Origin: Chrysomallon squamiferum
Lineage: Eukaryota; Animalia; Mollusca
DNA: 64,000 nucleotides
Direction: 5' to 3'
Assembly: GCA_012295275.1 (NCBI GenBank)
Contig: CM022672.1
Span: 27,590,001-27,654,000 of the forward strand
Shown here in pieces: positions 55,395 to 64,000 of this stretch; the first letter of the stretch is position 1; each line of letters opens with the position of its first letter. The notes beneath the pieces are model-generated. The model did no database searches. It worked only from the letters and a program-made list of their open reading frames with translations, and was not told where the DNA came from. The position numbers were made by a program, and so were the translations under genes.

Positions 55395-58239
55395 TACATA
55401 TTTTTATTAATTTTTGTTTTGATAAAATATTATTTTCATTTTTTTTGTTTTTGTTTTTATATTTTTCAAAATCTGAACTTACTTAAAAAAATGTTTCTAA
55501 AATGTTATAAATCTCATTGTTTATATTTGAGTATATTTGTCTTGTTTTAAAATATATAAATTCTTCATCTTTTCAGATTCTCATCCTGTGGAAAAATACA
55601 TAGTTGAGTCGTATGCTTGTGACTTTTTCCGCTCAAAGTTTGAGCACAAGGACTACTCATTTGCAGGAGAGCAGAACACAACATTCCTTGTATATGTTTA
55701 TGATTTCCAAACTCCATTCTGGCTACAGGTTTGTAGATAGTTTAAACACAAGTTACAACAGCTTGTAATAAAAAATATATATATATTTTTAAAGTATGAT
55801 CTTTTAATAGAGTTTATTGTATATGTTAATCACATCAAATGTATTAGGTTTTTTTTATTTTATTAAATTTAAAAAAAAAAAAAAAAATATATATTACCAT
55901 GCTAATTTACTATCATTTTGACTTAGTGTTTTGGGTGGAAGATAGAGTAATAAGTATTAACACATCTGTGATATCAACATTTACCTTTGTCTGACACCCA
56001 ATAGCTCATATATTTTTTGTGCTGGAGAGTTGTTAAACATTCATTCTTTCTTTGTATTTAGTATAAGATCTGTTTTGATGTTAATGTTTTTTGAAAGTGT
56101 GGTTGTACATCCTAGCCATATAATTTCATTATTTACATTTTCTTGCTCTGTACTTGTTGCAGTATTTTTGCACATAAACATATAACACATATGATATAAA
56201 TGAAAATATTACAGAAGTAAATTCTCAAGATTCTTTCCAGGAAAGCAGTTTTGAAGGAGAAGTCATTAAAATTTATCATTTTTAAATAAAATTCTCTTTT
56301 CTGTTAATATAGTTCATTTGATGATAGACCCCATATTCAAGTAAATAACTGATTGTTTTCTATCTTTTTTCTCAGATCTCATTTTCTCAGTTTCCTAAGA
56401 TTGATCTTGTTCATTTCTTTGTAACCTTCTTCAGGTGAGCCAGCTAAAATTATAAATCTTTCTCATATTAATAATTTTATTTCACAAATTCTGTGCTGTT
56501 TGAAACATTATCTAATTTTTCATAGTTATAATTTTTTGATGTATTAAAAATATTGTTAACATTTTTATAACTTTTAGTAATTTTAAAAATACCGTTACAG
56601 CTTTACAATTTTTTTGAGTTTTAAAACTGCTGTGATTTTTTTCAGAATTTTGTGACATTTTATAAACCTTAATATTATTTTTTTTTAGAAATATATGATG
56701 TTTCAAAAATCTTCTGATCCTTTAAAATGTTCTGAAGTTTACTGTAAGTTTATCATAGTTTTAAAAATAAGCCAGTGTTTCGTATTTTCTAGTTGTTTCT
56801 TATCTCTACTGCTGATTGCTGCTGCTTTGTGGAAGATAAAACATAAATACGACAGTTACAGACGACGTCAGGTAATTACTGTATTAAACAGACACACACA
56901 CAGACAGACAGACACATATATGCAGAGAGAGATTCATCTATTGACATTTTCAGTATTTATAATAATTATGTAATATAATAATTAATACTGCTTTGAAGAA
57001 AAAAAACCCTATAAATGTTGCCAGCTCTTTCTTTCTTTAACTATTTTTTCATTTATCCTTATTATTAATCTAACTCTGTTGTTATCAGTACTATTAGTTT
57101 TATTATTACTATTATTATTTATTGTTACTTAATTTAGAAAAACGTTTTGATATGAAGTGCTTAGAAAAATATTAAAATATGATCCATACACAAACAAAAA
57201 AACAACTAAAAATACAAAGTTGAGATAAAAAACTTTTATCATAGAATCTTGATGAAGATGTGTTTAAATGTCAGAACTTTTGCTCATTTCAACAAAAAAA
57301 ATTATAAAATAAAATAATGTAATATTTATTCATGGAAGATATAATTTTTAAATGGTAACCAAGCATCTGAATACATCAGCAGTAAATAATTAAACTGTTA
57401 CTATTCTTCTTTTCACAGCTTATGTTGGTCGAAATGCAACAGATGGCTAGTCGTCCATTTTCTGCTGTGTGTATTGAAATAGAAAACAAAGTGGACAAAG
57501 TAACAGCAGAGAAAAAAGATCAGAAAGAAATATCTATGATTCGTAGGAGGAAGAATGTAATTTTATTTTTTATTCAGCAGAATTCGCATTAATTTCTAAA
57601 ATTTTAAAAACACCTTTTTTAGAGCTCCTCTTCTCATCTGCTGAGACATGTTTTGGCATCTGTATAAATCAAATAATTTATGTATTATGTTTTACTATTA
57701 TTATTTTTAAATTGTTTTTAGAAATTTAAATGATTTATATATACATAAATAACTTCAGTTTCAAGTTCATTCTTAATGAATCAGTGAATGTTTCATGTAA
57801 TACTAGCTAAAGAAAAGGTATTGGCTAGTAATAACAGCACTACCAATAATGGTATTAAAGTTTAAATTATTTTTATCTTAAACAAAATAAGACATTCGTT
57901 TATTTATTTTGCTTAGTTTCAACAGACTCTCATGTATTTTACAGTTTGTAAACAAGCCAGGTGCTATTTGCTTGGAGCCTCTGCATGGAAACAAGGCGGC
58001 AGTACTTACTCTAATAATACAGCTTCCCACTGGGGACAGTCCGTATGCTCCCAATGGGCAGTCCGGTATCGCCTTGGGCAGTTCCATGATCACATTTGGG
58101 GGTGAGTTCATTTATTTCTTACATTTTGTCATACTTTTTAATATTTCTGTCCTGTGTTAAATATTTTTTTGTTTGTGAGTAGCCACTACAATAATAAATG
58201 TCAAATCAGTTTCTGAAGGATTTTCCTCTTTTTAAAAAA

Positions 58240-58289
<50 letters not shown>

Positions 58290-58623
58290 TTTTATTTTAT
58301 TTTATTATATTTTATTTATCATTTTTTGTTTTAAAAATGGTTATCAAATTAGTTTTCAAACTAATATTGTTATTTATTTCTTCTAGGATATAGATTAATA
58401 ATGAATTTATTTATTAAGAAGAGGATTATTAATTGGTAAAAACCAGCAGTATGTGTATATCACACTGAACTTATGTATTATTGTTATTGTTGTTATTATT
58501 TTTTCTTCAGGAAACACTCGCAAACAGAGCATAGAACACATCAAAGGAGAAAAATCGAGACTTCGCAAACATATATCAGCTCCTATAATTCAGCATGTTT
58601 CAGCAGATCACAGTAGTGTCTAA
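38663..58623 (+). CDS. ATRN: Attractin / attractin-like protein (~1208-1211 aa): EGF, CUB, EGF, kelch repeats, PSI, laminin-EGF, TM, MASRPF tail
   Basis: Exons 38663-38892, 40132-40332, 40883-41014, 42434-42609, 42949-43114, 43585-43675, 44707-44920, 45524-45707, 46128-46282, 46636-46720, 46917-46981, 47512-47640, 48100-48209, [49392-49515 or 49927-50059], 50800-51009, 51360-51560, 52307-52381, 52770-52835, 53479-53572, 54074-54129, 54619-54713, 55094-55163, 55577-55728, 56376-56434, 56793-56871, 57419-57556, 57945-58101, 58511-58623. Hallmarks: FATECGWDHLYIHDGDSAFAPL, FGGNTHNDT, DLVHFFVTFFSCFLSLLLIAAALWKIK, EMQQMASRPF. ATRN versus ATRNL1 cannot be distinguished. Confidence 0.96.
50107..50527. 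repeat. ~39-bp minisatellite, about 11 copies, in an attractin intron
   Basis: Unit approximately acttagttacagtaat(a/g)t(c/g)ccat(c/a/g)cttg(c/g)aacatttcaaca, contiguous with no unique spacers. Confidence 0.95.
54489..54593. repeat. Short tandem repeat, 3 copies
   Basis: taataat(g/c)acatgtttaatatgtaaaaa occurs three times. Confidence 0.8.
55985..56050 (+). mobile_element. Possible SINE 3' tail relic
   Basis: gtctgacacccaatagc...gtgctggagagttgttaaacattcattc ends in a (CATT)n-like tail. The resemblance to gastropod SINE tails is recalled, not verified. Confidence 0.35.
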
Positions 58624-59927
58624 TCTGTAAATTCATTTAATGCTGCTTGAGCTGATTTCTTCTTTTCAACTGTGTCTAATGTAAATCACAATCTATTCAT
58701 AATGTCATATTTATTCATAATTAATTTTTATGTAACATGTTGAGAAACAAAATATTGAATGCAAAATTAATTTTGATTTAAAAATGAATTGTTACATCTG
58801 AACTTCTGTCTCACTGATTTAGCTGTTTTGTTAAGTCTTTTTTTTTTTTTTTTTTTTTTAATCTTGAACTAGTACTCAGGGATGTTAGCATATGATCAAA
58901 GATCTGTAAAACAAAAATTGTTTCACAATTTATAAATATTAGTAAATTTTAAATCCTTTAAAAGTAGACTTATCTTTTGATGTCAGTGTCTATTTTACTA
59001 CAAGAAAACCATTAATGAATACTAAATTTTCTTTATCATTTAGTCTATAATATGAACCTGTTTATCCACAGATAGACAGAAAAATACTTTTCAATAATCA
59101 ATCCATACAATATTAGTAAACTGCCTTACCCACAGTATCAACAAAGACAACAAAAATATATAATCATAATAATAATAATTATTATGATTATATATTTTTT
59201 TCTTAGATACTGTTACATTAGTCATACTATTTTCAGAAAAAGATTTTTCCTTGCATTTTTATTTTCAAACCACTATAATTAAAAAAAAAAAAAAAATGTT
59301 TGCTTCTCTGTTGTATTCCTCTTTTCCTTATATATAAAAAAAAAAACAACAAAAAAAAAAGCTTCATTTATAAAATAATCAAAATTAAGAAATAGCCTAA
59401 AACATTAGTTACTCTCTTTGTTAAATAATCAAGAGAAAATATGGAATCACTATATTAGTCAGATAGTGCTAGATTATCATCATATTTATTTATTGTCATA
59501 CAAATTCATTTTTAATTGTAATTTTTATTTATTTTTTATAAAGTAAGATGAGATATTCTGTGATCATTTTAAAAAACATGTTAATCTGCTTTATAATGAT
59601 CAGTTGCTTGTAATAGATGTTACCTGTACAAAAAGTTCAAAATTTAAAATTTATATAACACATTGATCTTTGCCTGCATGTAGTTATATAATCTTAATAA
59701 ATTTAAAGCCAGGTCAGATATCCCAACTGAAACCCTGGCGTTGACTTGTCTAATTTTGAATATTAATTTAAATATGTTATACATTTTTTATGATTATAAT
59801 ATTATTAAAACCTTTTACTAACCAACAATTGCCAATGAATTTAGTAATTTAGCTTTTCTGTTTTTCAAATTGTTTGTAAATAATTTAATTTGAAAATGCC
59901 ACAAATTGAGATACATTTCATTAACTT

Positions 59928-59995
59928 TTGGCTATAATGAATTACGCAGGTCTGTATAACCCAGAAATCAGCAAATGGTTCGATTCCATGTTAGT
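59928..59995 (+). mobile_element. tRNA-derived (SINE head-like) relic
   Basis: A-box-like TGGCTATAATG at ~59930 and B-box GGTTCGATTCC at 59977-59987, set in an ATGG/CCAT T-arm stem. No acceptor stem. Confidence 0.4.
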
Positions 59996-61814
59996 GATTG
60001 TTATAACATAGATTAGCTCTCTTTGTATATAGGTTATTACAGGAAACGGAAAATGAATTATCATTAATTAACTATTATGTGATACACATATCTTGTACTG
60101 TGTGAAATTATAAATTTGATTTCCTGCTTCAAATCAAATGAATACATGATGTAAAAAGCAATCCATTATTTTAACAAAATAACAAAGCAGATATTTTTAT
60201 ATGACATTAATCCTTGTTTGAAAATAATTTTCAATTTATATTTTTTTGGGAAATGTTAAAAGAAAATGTAAATATTTTATATTTAAAACATACAAAAATC
60301 TATTTAAATCCATTTAAAAAACAACAACAGTAATGGCCACTCATTATTCATATTAAACGGATAGATGTTCGATACATATTTTTACCACTGAATTATAACA
60401 AAATATCATTTTTATATGGGTTGAGTATGATGTGCATTTAATTTAAAATGTAAGAATTGTTTAATCTTCATACCATGTTGTGTACATGATGATGATGATG
60501 ATATGAAATCGTAATGATTTTTGTAAATTTGTATATACAAAATAAAATCCATTTTATGAAAATGTATAAATAAAATGTTTTGTATATAATTATATATAAT
60601 GAATCATGACATAAATAAACCACAATTTGTACAAGCATTTGCTGTTTTGATTTTACTTTTTTTTATATTTCAGCTTTCTGTCATATTTATTACACATTAT
60701 TTCATTTATTTCCCATTTCATTGAATTTTTTACATGATAATGATAACAGCTTATTAATAATTTTATGCAAATATGTTATTATTTTATGTGCAATCATTTA
60801 ATTTGATAGATGTAATTTATATTCTGATATGTTCTTAAGTCAGTTGTTCACACACACACATACACACATCAACCCCCCCAAAATGCTGTTTATATTCATA
60901 TATGTCTTCCATTTTAAGAAATTCTGTAATTGATGATCACGGAAAAGAAATTCATGGAAATAAACATAAAATATTTGTCGATAATAATTTATTAAATATG
61001 ATGGAAATATGAAATAATGGGCTAATAAAAACACATAGTACGGTTTCATTTTTTATTTACATATTTTTTAAATCATTAACAAATCATGTATTGTGCAAAA
61101 GATTTTTATGTTGTTTTTTTTTAAATTATTTTTATTTATTTACTTATTTAGTTATTATTTTTAAATAGTAAAATAAAGGAAATTACATCACTTGTGTATT
61201 TGTTAATTAATAAACGGAAATTTATTTTCTTTATATGTTGTGCTTCACTGGAAAATTAAATGCATTACCATGTAACTGTGTTTTTCTTTGTTCCATAATA
61301 CAACTTGACACTGATATTTTTTTATCATCCTTTGACTAAATCATTTATTTTCTAACAACACCAATAATTTATTATTCTTTCACTGCTGTTTATGGATTTA
61401 AATCCTTCAGTCAACATAGAAAAAAAATAAACTTTCAAAATGTTTTAAAAAGCAATGGTTACAACCTTTTGTTAAAATATATAGTTAAAATCTGACAGCT
61501 TCTTTTAATTGATTGGTACCAAATGTGATTAATCTGTTTAAATTTTTTGAAAGTAGTATATTTCAAACTGATGTGAATCCAAAGTGACTGATTAATTGAG
61601 TTCCTCTAATTTTCCCAAATCACTGCAGAACACTGAATACTTTGTGTTCAAAATGAGAGGCAACACAAATACAGCAACTGCACAGCTTAGAAAGAACACT
61701 GGTTGTGAAAAAACATTGTATACAGCCAGCTACTAAATCACAACTCACTGTGCAGTCATTTTGATACACTGACAACCTAGCACATTCTGTCTCTGCTGGA
61801 GATAACTGGAAATT

Positions 61815-62200
61815 TATTTGTGTTAAATTTTCACTGCATGTTGCCTATGATAGTCACCATCATTATTGTTTTGTGTTTGTGATGATTTGCACTGCATATA
61901 GTCTATGATGGTCATTATTATTATCTTGCATGTTAGTTTGTGTTAATTTCCATTGCATGTAGTCTGTAGTAGTCATTATTGTTAGTACTTTGTGTTAATT
62001 GTGATGATCATCATTGTTTATCATGTATGCTTCTGTTGATTTCCATTACATATTGTCTGTGACAGTCATTATTATTACTTCATATGATTGTGTTAGTGTC
62101 AATTTCCTTTGTATATAGTCTATGACTCGTTATTATTATTTTGTATGTTAATTTGTGTTGATTTCCACTGCATGTAGCCTATGATGGTCTTTATTGTTTC
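61815..62200. repeat. Degenerate ~55-65 bp tandem repeat, about 6-7 copies
   Basis: Recurring ttgtgtt(a/g)atttcca(c/t)tgcat(a/g)tagtctatgatggtcattatt. Confidence 0.8.
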
Positions 62201-64000
62201 ATATAAAAAAAACTTTCAAAAAGAAAATAATGAGGTTGTATAGTGGAAAATATTTTTAGCTTTCATTTAAACAGAAATATATTTTAAAAAAAAACATTAA
62301 ATCAAAATATTTTGTTAATATGTTCAGTTATTTATTATATACTAAAACAAAGACTAGAAATGAAGTGATAGAAAGTTCTCTATAGTCTAACAAACTTTGT
62401 TGGACAGGAAACCTTAAACAAGTTTTTTTAAGTCGTTTTTTTATGCTTACATTTTATGTCTGTATACACAGAATCAAAGGATGGTTTACTTTTTATTAAA
62501 AGCTGTTACTGAGAATGATAACATACATCCACTGTTGTATTTAATTTTTTGATGGCAGATGGGCAATAAAGCTGGAAATCATCATTTGTATATTAAACAG
62601 TTTTTCATCACCATAGAGTGTTTTCCTGCCTTCAGGAAGGTGTTATGTAATGAATCCTTTAAAGAAGCTGATGAATTGCCAATAATGGTTTCTCCATTAT
62701 CATATAAACCTCCATTATTGGATACTATTTTCATATTTCAAGAGTATCTGAGGTTTAGTTAATCTTTTATTGAAATGTGTGTCTGAATGTTGAGATAAAT
62801 TAAAAAAAAAGAACAAGACAAATTTTGTTTAAATATATTTATTTAATTACCTGATATTAATGACTAGCGTTACATGATTGTAATAGTCAGGTAATATCAG
62901 CAGTATCATTCAGTATTTCCACTTAAATTCAGTATACTGACATTATTCTGTAAAGAAAAAGATTTGATTATAATATCCATGATGAGATGAAAAGTTAAAA
63001 AAAAAAAAAAAAAAAAATATTGAATACTTTTCATAAATGAATTCTGGGTTATCCAGTGTGCATAGCTGGAAACACTTAATAAAATAAAACTAAAAAATTT
63101 CAAGTTTTTATTGATTTTAAATTAATGTTTAAGAAGATATTATAATTTTCAATGAATAATGATTTAAAAATTTCTACATTTTAGAAATCTCAAATTTCTA
63201 TCATTAAGTTCTTAAGCTGACCATCCACAAAAAAATCCAGACCGATTATTTCTCTTTACTACCCTTAGATAAATGTGAATTTTTTTAACACAAAGCAGCT
63301 AAAGATTGATTCTGTTTGAATTATGATCTGTTACAAAGCAAACAATGCAAAGATAATTCTAGAATGAAAGAAAATATCCAGTATGAAAAATGATTTAATA
63401 TTTAATATATTGTAAACATTAATTATATTCTTTACGAGTTGACACAGAGGATAATCAGAAATTCAGTATTGTGATAAAGATACATTTAAATAGATTATTT
63501 TATTTTAAATCACTTTGTTGTTTTTAATACCTTCTTATGGATCAAAGTCCATCTACGAAATTTTCCATTGTTAAAGAAAAAAAAAAAAAAAAAAAAGAAT
63601 AAAAAAAAGACATATAATAAATAAATATAAAATAAATGAAATACAAAAGTAAACATAATTTTATGATTAATACAAAACAAGTGAAAAATATTAATTTTCA
63701 GTCAGTAACTCTCCTCTGGTTTTGAACAAGAAATACTAGTTAATTGTTGTAGTTATTTTATTTTTTGTACAAGGCAACATTTAATCATTAACACAATCTT
63801 ATTATGGTACTCAAAATACAACTAAATGATATAAGTAAAAAAATAAAATAAATAAACTAATTATAAAGATGGTGATGATGATGAAAAAGTAACTTTAACA
63901 AAATCCATGAAAAATTATCAGAAGTAATTAAATTATAATAAAATTTACTTCAGACTTATTTATTTATAAAAAATTCATAACACTTTTTTGGGGGGAGGGG

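Noticed and set aside
59977-59987. Functional tRNA gene
   Set aside because: No acceptor stem or proper anticodon arm.
62559-62762. 67-aa ORF near the window end
   Set aside because: No recognisable motif or supporting exon chain on either strand.

Overview
AT-rich, intron-containing animal genomic DNA, rich in microsatellites. The gene set and repeats suggest a mollusc-like invertebrate; this is inference only. Most short ORFs in the track are microsatellite artefacts, so genes were rebuilt by hand from splice sites and exon phases. Eight protein-coding loci were found: (1) the 5' part of ACTR5/Arp5 on the minus strand, running off the window start; (2) a GT-B fucosyltransferase-like gene with hydrophobic segments at both ends; (3) a secreted Cys-rich protein gene with an apparent 2-nt frameshift; (4,5) a tandem pair of unrecognised ~152-aa paralogs with PTxxS motifs; (6) FAM166/CIMIP2; (7) a secreted TSP1-TSP1-EGF-HYR-sushi protein on the minus strand, with dead copies of two of its exons upstream; (8) a complete attractin gene with what look like two duplicated, mutually exclusive PSI-like exons. 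The window also holds a KRBA2/SCAND3-type integrase relic, a pogo-like MITE, SINE-like relics and minisatellites. No CRISPR array, rRNA or intact tRNA was seen.
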